Source: an uncultured Actinomycetes bacterium | Lineage (GTDB): Bacteria > Actinomycetota > UBA4738 > HRBIN12 | Assembly (NCBI GenBank): GCA_963775735.1 | Contig: CAVZKD010000007.1 | Coordinates: 1,799,088-1,863,087 of the forward strand | Direction of reading: 5' to 3' | DNA: 64,000 bases | In this document: positions 27,164 through 37,000 of the stretch, piece after piece | How positions within the stretch are numbered: the stretch's first letter is position 1 | How the letters are laid out: every line of letters starts with the position of its first letter | The notes under the pieces: model-generated | What the model was told of the DNA's origin: nothing | Databases searched by the model: none | What the model saw: the letters and a program-made list of their open reading frames with translations, nothing else | Position numbers and translations under genes: made by a program

Positions 27164-27910
27164 GTGTCGCCTCCGCTCCGCGATTACCCGTCGCCCCCAG
27201 GCGTCTCCCGGACCGCCGCGAGTGCGCGCGGGTGGGGCACCGGGTGGCCGCAGTGTCAGCAGGACCGGCTCGTCACGGTCACGCGCGAGGACGGCCTCCG
27301 GCTGCCGACGAATCAAGGCATCGCGCAGTTGGTCACGCTGCTGATCGACGAGACGGAGCGTCGCGGGTACGACGTCAAGGTGGGCCAGACGTGGGGCTTC
27401 GCGTGCCGGGCGATCCGAGGGACGGAGACGGCCTCGAACCACTCATGGGGCCTGGCGGTGGACATCAACGCGCCGACGAACCCATACCGGACCGAGTTCG
27501 TCTGCGACATGCCGCCGTGGATGCCGACGCTCTGGTGGGAGTACGGGTTCTTCTGGGGTGGCTGGTACCAGAGCATCAAGGACCCGATGCACTACGAGTT
27601 CCTCGGCACCCGCGACGACGCCCGCACCCACACGACGAGAGCCAAGCGCGAGCTCGGCCTGGGCGAACCCGTGCCGTATCCCTTCTACGGAGAGATCTCG
27701 AAGCGGGTGCGTTCGGCCCAGGAGCGGCTACTCGAGCTCGGCTTCGATCCCGGCCGATCGACGGCGACTTCGGTCCGCTGACGCGCGGTGCGGTGAAGGC
27801 GTTCGAGGAGTCCGAGCCGAGGCTCCAGAGCCAGGCCGACGGCTACTTCGGCCCGCTCACGTGGCGGCTCCTGTTCAAGGTCCGAGCAGCGCATCCCTCC
27901 GAGCCCGTAG
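27164..27910 (+). pseudogene. M15 family peptidoglycan peptidase with C-terminal PG_binding_1 domain; frame breaks near 27754 and before 27908, 3' end uncertain
   Basis: GTG 27164 lies 3 nt after the patatin stop. SNHSWGLAVDIN and DPMHYEF are zinc-ligand motifs. After ..ELGFDPG (ggccg where ggcccg is expected) the PG-binding repeat continues in another frame (PIDGDFGPLTRGAVKAFE..DGYFGPLTWRLL). No signal peptide. Confidence 0.65.
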
Positions 27911-27936
27911 CTCCATCCGCGTACCATCCAGACCGC

Positions 27937-28617
27937 ATGCCGAAGGGTCCGTCGAAGGTCGCGGTCTACCTCGAGGTCGGCACGAAGCGGATCTTCGCGG
28001 GCGCGGTCGACTGGCCCGGGTGGGCGCGGAGCGGGCGCGACGAGGCATCCGCGCTCGAGTCGCTGCTCGCATACGCCCCGCGCTACGCGCGGGTGGTCGG
28101 GCGTTCCCGGGTCGGTTTCGGAGCGCCGGCGACCGTCTCGGGCATGCGCGTCGTCGAACGGCTGGAAGGCACCACGACGACCGACTTCGGAGCCCCGGAC
28201 GTGCCGACGTCCACGGACGCAGAGCCGATCGACGCCGCCGAGCTCGAGCGCCTCGAGAAGATCCTCCGGGCGTGCTGGCGTGCGCTCGACAGAGCGGTGG
28301 AGGCGGCCGAGGGCCGTGAGCTCCGGAAGGGGCCGCGGGGCGGAGGCCGAAGCCTCGACAAGATCGTGGAGCACGTGATCGGCGCCGAAGGCGACGGGTA
28401 CCTGCGGAGCATCGGATGGAAGGTCCCGAAGGGTCCGGAGGACGAACGGATCGCTCGGGAACGCGCGACGGTGCTCGAGGCGCTCACCGCGGTGGCGCGA
28501 GACGGCGTGCCTCCCGCTCCCCGCGGCGGCAAACGCTGGGCGCCCCGCTACTTCGTGCGCCGCTCCGCGTGGCATGTGCTCGACCACACGTGGGAGATCG
28601 AGGACCGCCTCGAGTGA
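27937..28617 (+). CDS. DinB-fold family protein
   Basis: 226 aa from ATG 27937 inside ORF 26944..28617. Contains RSLDKIVEHVIGAE and SAWHVLDHTWEIEDR, His-rich four-helix-bundle motifs. Confidence 0.6.
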   Translation: MPKGPSKVAVYLEVGTKRIFAGAVDWPGWARSGRDEASALESLLAYAPRYARVVGRSRVGFGAPATVSGMRVVERLEGTTTTDFGAPDVPTSTDAEPIDAAELERLEKILRACWRALDRAVEAAEGRELRKGPRGGGRSLDKIVEHVIGAEGDGYLRSIGWKVPKGPEDERIARERATVLEALTAVARDGVPPAPRGGKRWAPRYFVRRSAWHVLDHTWEIEDRLE

Positions 28618-28624
28618 TCGGCCG

Positions 28625-30122
28625 TCACTCGACGCGGAAGTCGCCGCTCGCGAGCGCCACGTAGCTGTCGTCTCGAAGCAGGTAGACGGTGTAGGCGCCC
28701 GGCTCCAGCGGCCAGGCGCCGGGGGCATCGGCGTCGAAGACCGCGGACCCCTCCACGGTGCCGTCCGTTCGGACCCACGTCAGGTACGAGGCTCGGTTCG
28801 GATCGGCGTCGCGCCGGTAGATGCCGACCCAATCCCAGCGGTTGCCCGGCGTGAGGCGCCACGCGACCTCGATCGGGCTCGCCGACCCCGTAGGAGGGTC
28901 GAACCGTCCCGATCTCCGGCTCGCCGCCGGCCGCCTGCACCCAGAACGGCGCACGGGCGAGTTCCGCACCCGATTCGGAGCGCAGGACGACCTCGTAGGC
29001 ACCCGGCCGCAGGGTCGCCGTTGGGACGGTCACCTCGTCCTCGCGGGCGAGGTACTCGACCGTCGCGTCCGCCGCGTCCGCCCCAGCCGGGACGACGGCG
29101 ATCGCGACCGCATCCGGAGTCGCGTGGTAACGCACGACCAGTTCCTCGCCCACCGTGACCAGCCGCTGGTCGACGGACACGATCGTCGGCGCCGGCGCGG
29201 GTTCCACCTCGAACGTCGAGACCGTCGCGCGATGGTCGGTCGGCCACGGGGTCACGGCGATGTCGACGCCCTCGCCTCCTTCCTCGCCGACGAGCTCGCT
29301 GTCGATCGTCTCTGCCGGGCCGCCCGCGTACACGAAGTCGATCCGGTCGGCCGCCGCGCCTGCCTGATACGGGTTGTAGCCCTGGATGAACGGCCGGTCC
29401 GCCGGCCAGGTCAGACCCGGGTCGGCGACGGGATCGGGGTTCGCCTCGCGATACGAGTCGGCGAGGCCCGCCTGCTCCACCGCCACGCTCGCGGGCCACG
29501 CGAGCGGGAACCGGACGTGGTCGCGGATCCCCACGGCGGCGTCGGTCCAGTCCAGGTGCGACGGGGCGTTGAAGTCCCCGATCAGGAACACGGGCACGCC
29601 GTCCGCCGCCAGCCCCTCGACCACCGCGAGCGTCGGAGCGAGCGCCGCGACCCGTTTGCGCTCCTCGACATCGAGGACCTCCTCGGCGCTCGCGCCGTCG
29701 CGGATCTTGAACGGACCGTAGGCGACCGAGGGCAGATGGACGTTCGCGACGGCCACGACGGAGCCGGGTGCGACCTCCACGTAGACGAAGGGCTGATCGC
29801 CGGGCGGCGTCAGGAGCGGGAATCGCGACATCACCTGCGACCGGTTGTCGAAGTACCACCCGACCGATCCGGCGATCGCCGGCATGTTCCCGTAGCCCTC
29901 CTCGATCGCGACGATGTCGGCGCCGCTCGCCTCGACGACCTTCGGGATCGAGTCGAAATCGACCCCGGTCCCGCCGTACTCGACGTTGAACTCCATCACC
30001 CGGAGCGTGAGCGGTTCGACGCCGGGAGCAGCGCTCGGGGTCGGGCCGGCCGGCTCGGGACCCGACGTGCACGCGGCGACGAGGAGGATCGGCGCGACGA
30101 ACAGCAGCACCCGACGGGCCAT
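28625..30122 (-). pseudogene. Endonuclease/exonuclease/phosphatase (EEP) family lipoprotein with C-terminal beta domains; one frame break near 28876
   Basis: ATG 30122 gives MARRVLLFVAPILLVAAC (lipobox), then LRVMEFNVEYG, VANVHL, IGDFNAPSH and PTDHRATV. After ..SYGVGEP it continues in the ORF 28625..29002 frame (IEVAWRLTPGNRWDWVGIY...). Confidence 0.7.
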
Positions 30123-30281
30123 CGCGTTCGATGCTACGCGTGGAAGGCCGACAGCCGCTCGGCCCCGTCGTCGACCTCGCCGCGGACCGCGCGCGGGAGG
30201 CGCTCGAACGGTTCGACGCGCAACGCGACCTCGGTCGAGGCGCTCGCGGACACGGTGGGTAAGGTGAAACGAGGCGATCTG

Positions 30282-30414
30282 ATGGATCACGGCCACGACG
30301 GGCACCAGACATGGAGGCACGCCTCGCACGGCGAGATGTCGCACGGCGAGATGTCGCACGGCGAGATGTCGCACGGCGAGATGGGCGCATGGCCGACATG
30401 GGCACACGAGTGGC
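30282..30414 (+). other. His/Met-rich N-terminal extension of the ATPase, one base out of frame with the ATG at 30415
   Basis: ATG 30282 (GAGG 8 nt upstream) gives MDHGHDGHQTWRHASHGEMSHGEMSHGEMSHGEM... After about 30385 the frame of the ATPase itself reads ..HGRHGHTSGMGHGHS. This fits one metal-binding N-terminus split by an indel. Confidence 0.55.
30324..30383 (+). repeat. Perfect 15-bp x4 tandem repeat encoding (SHGEM)4
   Basis: tcgcacggcgagatg repeated four times. Confidence 0.9.
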
Positions 30415-32436
30415 ATGGGCCACGGCCACAGCGTCGCGATGTTCCGCGATCGCTTCTGGCTGAGCGTGCTCCTCACGATCCCGATCCTGATCTGGTCCGA
30501 GATGATCCAGGAGTGGCTCGGGTACACGGCGCCCGAGTTCCCGCTCTCCGATCGGATCCCGGCCATCCTCGGCACCGTCGTGTTCGTCTACGGAGGGTTG
30601 CCCTTCCTCCAGGGCGGCTGGGCGGAGCTGCGTGGCCGGCAACCCGGGATGATGCTCCTGATCTCGCTGGCGATCGTGGTCGCCTTCGTCTCCAGCATCG
30701 CGTCCGAGCTCGACGCCCTCGATCTCGAGTTCTGGTGGGAACTGGCCCTGCTCATCGACGTGATGCTGCTGGGGCATTGGCAGGAGATGCAGGCGCTCGG
30801 GCGCGCGTCCGGCGCGCTCGAGGCCCTCGCCGCGCTCCTTCCCGACGAGGCCGAGGTGCTCCACGACGGGCACGCGCAGGCCGTCGCGCTCGCCGAGGTC
30901 CGGCCGGGTGACCTGGTGCTGGTCCGCCCCGGTGGGCGCGTACCCGCCGACGGACTGATCGAAGAGGGATCGGCGGAGTTCGACGAGTCGATGATCACCG
31001 GCGAGTCGAGCCTCGTCCGTCACGACGCCGGCGACCGCGTGGTCGCGGGAACGATCACCACCGACACCTCGGTACGGGTACGGGTGCAGGCGGTCGGCGA
31101 GGACACGGCGCTCGCGGGGATCCGCCGGCTCGTGCAGGCGGCGCAGTCCTCGCGTTCCAAGGCGCAGGCGCTGGCCGACCGCGCCGCGGCGATCCTGTTC
31201 TACGTCGCGGTGGGAGCCGGCATCCTCACCTTCGCGGTGTGGAGCCTCATCGGGGAGACCGGTGAGGCGGTCGAGCGGACCGTGACGGTGCTCGTCATCT
31301 CGTGCCCCCACGCGCTCGGTTTGGCGATCCCCCTCGTGATCGCGATCTCGACGGACATCGCGGCCCGCGCCGGGATCCTGGTGAAGGACCGGCTGGCCCT
31401 CGAGCGCATGCGGTCCGTGGATGCCGTCCTGTTCGACAAGACCGGCACGCTCACCGAGGGCCGGCCGGCCGTGCGCGAGATCGCAGGGGCGGGCATCACT
31501 CAGGAGGACGTTCTGCGGCTCGCGGCGGCGGTCGAGGCCGACAGCGAACACCCGCTGGCGCGCGCGATCCTCGCGGCGGCCGCGGACACGTACCGTCCGC
31601 TGCCCGCAGCGACGAGCTTCCGCGCGATGCCGGGCCGCGGGGTCGAGGCGGACGTGGACGGTTCGACGGTCTCGGTCGGTGGCCCCACGCTGTTGCGGGA
31701 ACGGGGGCTCGACGAGGCGACCGAGCTCGCGGAAGACGTCTCGAGGTGGCGCGCGCGAGGTGCGACGGTCCTGTTCGTGATCCGCGACGGCCGCGTCGTC
31801 GGGGCGATCGCGCTCGAGGACGCGGTCCGGCCGGAGTCCGCGGAGGCCGTTCGCGCGCTCAAGGCCGAGGGGATCGTCGTCGCGATGATCACGGGCGACG
31901 CGCGGCAGGTGGCGGAGGCGGTCGCCGCCGAGCTGGGCGTCGACGAGGTCATGGCAGAGGTCCTCCCCGAGGACAAGGCGGACGCCGTCGCGGATCTCCA
32001 CCGTCGCGGCTTCCGGGTCGCGATGGTCGGCGACGGCGTGAACGACGCCCCCGCGCTGGCGAGCGCGGACGTCGGGATCGCCATCGGCGCCGGAACCGAC
32101 GTCGCGATCGAATCGGCGGGTGTCGTCCTCGCGAGCGACGACCCGCGCGGTGTGCTGTCGGTGCGACGGCTCTCCGGTGCGAGCTACCGGAAGATGCGTC
32201 AGAACCTCGTGTGGGCGGTCGGATACAACGTCGTCGCGATCCCCCTCGCCGCCGGGGTGCTGGCGCCGGTCGGCTTCGTGCTTGCGCCCGCCGTGGGAGC
32301 GTTGGCCATGAGCGTGTCGACGATCGTGGTGGCGGTGAACGCGATGCTGCTCCGCGGCCTCGACCTGCGACCCTCGGCGACCTCCGCGGCACCCGCATCC
32401 GAACCGGCGACGGCTGCGTCCGTGGGATCCCGCTAG
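30415..32436 (+). CDS. Heavy-metal P1B-type ATPase, CopB-like (CPH motif)
   Basis: 673-aa ORF with ISCPHALGLAIP (CPH), DKTGTLT, MITGD and VGDGVNDAPAL. Confidence 0.9.
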   Translation: MGHGHSVAMFRDRFWLSVLLTIPILIWSEMIQEWLGYTAPEFPLSDRIPAILGTVVFVYGGLPFLQGGWAELRGRQPGMMLLISLAIVVAFVSSIASELDALDLEFWWELALLIDVMLLGHWQEMQALGRASGALEALAALLPDEAEVLHDGHAQAVALAEVRPGDLVLVRPGGRVPADGLIEEGSAEFDESMITGESSLVRHDAGDRVVAGTITTDTSVRVRVQAVGEDTALAGIRRLVQAAQSSRSKAQALADRAAAILFYVAVGAGILTFAVWSLIGETGEAVERTVTVLVISCPHALGLAIPLVIAISTDIAARAGILVKDRLALERMRSVDAVLFDKTGTLTEGRPAVREIAGAGITQEDVLRLAAAVEADSEHPLARAILAAAADTYRPLPAATSFRAMPGRGVEADVDGSTVSVGGPTLLRERGLDEATELAEDVSRWRARGATVLFVIRDGRVVGAIALEDAVRPESAEAVRALKAEGIVVAMITGDARQVAEAVAAELGVDEVMAEVLPEDKADAVADLHRRGFRVAMVGDGVNDAPALASADVGIAIGAGTDVAIESAGVVLASDDPRGVLSVRRLSGASYRKMRQNLVWAVGYNVVAIPLAAGVLAPVGFVLAPAVGALAMSVSTIVVAVNAMLLRGLDLRPSATSAAPASEPATAASVGSR

Positions 32437-32461
32437 CCGGCGCCCTTCACTCCCCTATCGT

Positions 32462-33790
32462 GTGCCCGTGGCGGCTCGCACGGAGACCATCAACGTCGCC
32501 GGGCGCGAGGTGAAGGTCTCGAACCCGGACAAGGTCTTCTTCCCGAAGGCCGGCCACACGAAGCTCGACCTCGTCCGGTACTACCTCGCGGTGGCCGACG
32601 GAGCGCTCCGCGGTGTCTCCGGCCGGCCGATGGCGCTGAAACGGTTCGTGAACGGCGCCGAGGGCGAGTTCTTCTTCCAGAAGCGCGCGCCGACTTCCCG
32701 CCCAGACTGGATCGAGACCGTCGAGCTGCGGTTCCCCTCGGGCCGGACGGCGCACGAGATCGTGATCTCGGACGAGGCACAGCTCATCTGGATCGCGAAC
32801 CTCGGCTGCATCGACCTGAACCCCCACCCGGTGCGTGCCGACGACCTGGACCATCCCGATGAGCTGCGCGTCGACCTGGACCCGGTGCCCGGCATCGAGT
32901 GGCCGCAGATCCGAGATGTGGCGATCGTGACGAGGGACGTCCTGACGGACCTGGGCCTGATGGGGTGGCCGAAGACGTCCGGCTCACGCGGCATCCACGT
33001 CTACGTGCGGATCGAGCGGCGGTGGACCTTCCCGGAGGTTCGACGCGCCGCGCTCGCGGTCGCGCGCGAGGTCGAGCGACGGGCGCCCGATCTGGCGACG
33101 AGCCGCTGGTGGAAGGAGGAACGGCACGGCGTGTTCCTCGACTACAACCAGAACGCGAAGGACCGCACGGTAGCCTCCGCGTATTCGGTCCGGCCGACCC
33201 CAGACGCCCGGGTCTCGACCCCGCTGTCATGGGACGAGGTTGCCGACGCCGACGCGTCGGCGTTCACGCTCGCGACCGTGCCGACGCGCTTCGCGTCGAT
33301 CGGCGACCCGTGGGAGGGGATCGACGAGGGGGCCGGATCGCTCGAGCGGCTGCTCGAGCTCTCGGCCGAACACGAGGCCGCGGGCTTCGGCGACGCGCCG
33401 TGGCCGCCGCAGTACGCGAAGGCAGCGGGCGAGCCGCCGCGTGTGCAGCCCTCGAAGCGGAGGATGTCGGGCCCGACCGAGCCGGAGGGCGTCGTCCCGC
33501 CGCCGGCTCCCGGGAAGAAGGTCGGCCCCACCGGACGCCGCCGGACGAATGCTCCGCTGATCGAGATCGCGCGCGCGGCGACCGAGGCCGAGGCGAAGAC
33601 GGGGCTGGAGCGTTGGCGGTCGCGTCACCCGGGCGTGTCTCCGTACCTGGAGCCCTCCGACGTGATGATCGACGCGATGCGTGGCCGCTTCACGACCTGG
33701 ACACGGATCCGCGTCAACCTCCGGCATGTCCCGGAGGACGAGCGCCCGCCCCAGGAGGCGCTCGAGGTCGACTACGACCCGTGGGAGTGA
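32462..33790 (+). CDS. Stand-alone LigD-type NHEJ polymerase/primase domain protein with C-terminal extension of about 140 aa
   Basis: 442-aa ORF with VKVSNPDKVFFP, GCIDLNPHP, LRVDLDP, KTSGSRGIHVYV and FLDYNQN. Confidence 0.85.
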   Translation: MPVAARTETINVAGREVKVSNPDKVFFPKAGHTKLDLVRYYLAVADGALRGVSGRPMALKRFVNGAEGEFFFQKRAPTSRPDWIETVELRFPSGRTAHEIVISDEAQLIWIANLGCIDLNPHPVRADDLDHPDELRVDLDPVPGIEWPQIRDVAIVTRDVLTDLGLMGWPKTSGSRGIHVYVRIERRWTFPEVRRAALAVAREVERRAPDLATSRWWKEERHGVFLDYNQNAKDRTVASAYSVRPTPDARVSTPLSWDEVADADASAFTLATVPTRFASIGDPWEGIDEGAGSLERLLELSAEHEAAGFGDAPWPPQYAKAAGEPPRVQPSKRRMSGPTEPEGVVPPPAPGKKVGPTGRRRTNAPLIEIARAATEAEAKTGLERWRSRHPGVSPYLEPSDVMIDAMRGRFTTWTRIRVNLRHVPEDERPPQEALEVDYDPWE

Positions 33791-33829
33791 GGACGGCAGC
33801 CAGCCGCCCAGAACCGTTCCTTTGCAGGA

Positions 33830-33859
33830 TTGACGGGGGCATCACAAGGTGCCTAGTGT
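33830..33859 (+). promoter_or_regulatory. Candidate sigma-A-type promoter for the protease gene
   Basis: TTGACG, 18 nt, TAGTGT, in a 260-bp AT-richer intergenic region. Confidence 0.25.
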
Positions 33860-33972
33860 CCAACTGATGCGAGGGAGTCATCGGCCCGTGCTCTTCCACG
33901 CCGGCCGAACCATCGGTTCGCGGTTCCATCCCATCACATCCCACATGCACCGCCGATAGACCCGTGGGTTGA

Positions 33973-34040
33973 CTCTCGACCGGCGAACCCGGCGAGAGGA
34001 GATGAGCTCTCGACCGGCGAACCCGGCGAGAGGGAGAGGG
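33973..34040 (+). repeat. 34-bp tandem duplication giving two identical hairpins in the protease leader
   Basis: CTCTCGACCGGCGAACCCGGCGAGAGG occurs at 33973-33999 and at 34007-34033. Each copy can fold as CUCUCG-A-CCGG / CCGG-CGAGAG. The second copy runs into the GGGAGAGGGG SD. Confidence 0.7.
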
Positions 34041-34049
34041 GGGATCAGG

Positions 34050-37000
34050 ATGGGTCGGCTGACGCGTGTTCGCGTCGCGGTCGTGCTCTCCGCCTTGTTC
34101 GTCGTCGCGCAGCCATTGACGGCGGCTACCGGGGCGCCAGGTGGCGACGCCGCGGCGCCGGGGGCGTCCGCGCGGGAGCGGAACGCAACCGCCCGGCTGA
34201 GCGAACGATCGGTCGATGCCCTCCGACGGACCGCCGACGGCGCCGTCTTCGTCTCGGTGCGCAAGAGCACCGGGGTGGCGGGGTTCGTCCGCGTCGCGCC
34301 GGGCGGGGACCTGCTGCCGGCGAACGATGCTCGCGCGCCGGGCTCGAAGGCACGCGGCTTCTTCGCGCGGTTCGGCGAGGCCTTCGGGGTCCGCGACGCG
34401 TCACAGCTGCGGCTGGTCTCCCGTTCGACCGACTCGTACGGGGCCACGCACCTGACGTACGAACAGGTGTACCGCGGGCTGCCGGTCTTCGCCGGTGTCC
34501 TGAAGGCGCACCTCGATGCCCGGAATCAGCTGACGGCCGTCAACGGCGTCTTCGTCCCCGACATCGCGCTGGGAACGACCGCCGGCCTGACCCGCGCGCA
34601 GGCGATCTCGCGCGCGATCGCCGAGGTCGCGGCCGATCCCCCGCTCGACCAGAACGGCAGGGCGGCTCGGATGTCGGCCGGCGATCTCTCCGCGGCCTCC
34701 GCCAGGCTGCTCGTCTACCGCACCGGCCTGGTGCGGAACGTCGCGGGTGCGAACCAGCTCGCGTACGAGGTGGTCGTCACGAACGGCTCCAGCGTCCGCG
34801 AGTTCGTCTTCGTGCACGCGCACCGGGGCAAGATCCTGAACCGCTACTCGGGCGTACACGATGACCTGCATCGCGTGCTCTACGAGATCTCGGCGGCGAC
34901 GCCCCCGATCTGGGAAGAGGGCCAGGACACCTCCGGCCTGAACGCCGATCAGTTCAACATCGTCACGGCGAGCGGCCACTCCTACTTCCACTTCTTCAAC
35001 GCCTTCGGCCGTGACTCGTACGACGGCGCGGGCGCCTTCATGCGCTCCGTGAACAACGACCCGACGATCGCGTGTCCGAACGCCAACTGGAACGGCGCGA
35101 CGACGAACTACTGCAACGGCGTCACGGCCGACGACGTCGTCGCGCACGAGTGGGGGCACGCCTACACCGAGTTCACCCACAACCTGATCTACCAATGGCA
35201 GTCGGGCGCCCTGAACGAGTCCTACTCGGACATCTGGGGCGAGGTCGTCGACATGATCAACGGCTACGGGACGGACGCCCCGGGCGGGACGAGCCTCGAC
35301 GGACCTCGCGACGAGGGCGGATGCACCACGCACTCGCTGCTCCGGGCATTCGTCCTCATCAACAGCCCGGCGAGCATCGCCGGCTTCTGCAACGCGGGGG
35401 CCGCCCAGTTCGGGCCCGCCCTCACCGAGAGTGGCGTCACGGGCAACGTGGTGTTGGCCGACGACGGGGTCGCACCGGCGAGCGACGGGTGTGGACCGTT
35501 CGTGAACGCAGCGGCCGTCGCCGGCAACATCGCGCTCGTCGACCGCGGGACGTGCGGATTCACCGTGAAGGTCGCCAACGCGCAGGCCGCGGGGGCGACC
35601 GGCGTGCTCGTCGCGGACAACGTCTGGGGTCCGCCGGATCCCGCTCGGCGGGGTCGACCCGACGATCACGATCCCGTCCGTGCGGATCACGCTGCAGAGC
35701 GGCAACCAGATCAAGGCCGCGCTCGGCACGGAGGCCGTCAACGTCACGATGCGGCTCGGCCTGCCGGCGTCCATCGCGCAGGACAACGTCCGGTGGCTGG
35801 TCGGTGAGGACGCGACGGCGTTCGGAGCGCCCGGTTCCGGACAGCACGCGATCCGAGACATGTGGAACCCGAGGTGCGTGAACGATCCAGGCCGGGTGAC
35901 CGACGGCGAGTACTTCTGCTCGACGCTCGACGGCGGTGGCGTGCACACGAACTCGGGGGTTCCGAACCACGGGTTCGCGTTGCTCGTGGACGGCGGCATC
36001 TACAACGGACACGGGGTCAGCTCGATCGGCTTCGTGAAGGCTGCGCACCTGTACTACCGGGCGCAGTCCGTCTACCAGACGCCGTCGACGAACTTCAACG
36101 ACCACGCCGACGCGCTCCAGGCGTCGTGCGCGGACCTGATCGGGGTCGGGCTCGAGGGCCTCAGCACGACGGACGTGCCGGCCGGTCCGTCCGGTGAGTC
36201 GATCACCGCGGCGGACTGCGCCCAGGTCGACGAGATGATCGCGGCCGTCGAGCTGCGCGTCGATCCGTCCGAGCAGTGCAACTTCCAGCCGATCCTGCAG
36301 CCGGGCGCGCCCGGCCTGTGCTCCGACACGCCGAACGAGCCGAAGGACGTCTACACGGAGGACTTCGAGGACGGGCTCGACGGCTGGACGCCCACGAACC
36401 AAGGGGTGTTCGCCGGCTGGCCGGGGACCGACTGGGTCCAGGCCACGACCCTGCCGGGAGGCCGTCCCGGGGCCGCCGCCTTCGGCGAGAACCTCCAGGA
36501 GGGCAACTGCGACGGCGGAGCCGGCGACGTGTCCGGGCACATGATGCTGACGAGCGGCCACGATCCTCATCCCGGACATCGCGGAGACGACGCCGCGCCT
36601 CGCGTTCGACCACTACGTGGCCACGGAGGCGGGCTGGGACGGCGGCAACCTGAAGATCAGCATCAACGGCGGCTCGTTCTTCGTCCCGCCCGATGCCGCC
36701 TACACGTTCAACAGCTACAACGTCCCGACCCTCAACACCGCCGCGCAGGGCAACACGAACCCGTTGGCGGGACAGGACGGGTGGTCGGGCACCGACGGCG
36801 GGAGCCTCGGCGGGAGCTGGGGGCAGTCCCAGCTCGACCTCGCGGCGCTCGGCGTCACCGGCGGGGACACGATCCGGTTGCAGTTCGACTTCGGGATGGA
36901 CGGGTGCACCGGGATCGACGGCTGGTACGTCGACGACGTGCGCGTGTTCCTGTGTGTCCTGAACGCGGCGCCCGAGGTCACGGTCGTGCCCGGCGGCACC

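Noticed and set aside
27885-27937. Possible M15-PGBD-DinB triple fusion, because the frame of ORF 26944..28617 is open across the junction.
   Set aside because: GC3 drops sharply in this 50-bp stretch. A stop (27908-27910) lies in the original M15 frame, and the DinB-fold part has its own ATG. Two separate genes with an indel is more plausible.
30296-30400. Short perfect tandem repeat that might be taken for a CRISPR-like or minisatellite element.
   Set aside because: The units are only 15 bp and directly adjacent with no spacers. They are in frame as (SHGEM)4 in a metal-binding N-terminus. This is a coding repeat, not a CRISPR array.
33867-33959. 30-aa His-rich upstream ORF (MRGSHRPVLFHAGRTIGSRFHPITSHMHRR) in the protease leader.
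   Set aside because: It has no SD, poor codon bias and no supporting feature. It is probably a chance ORF.
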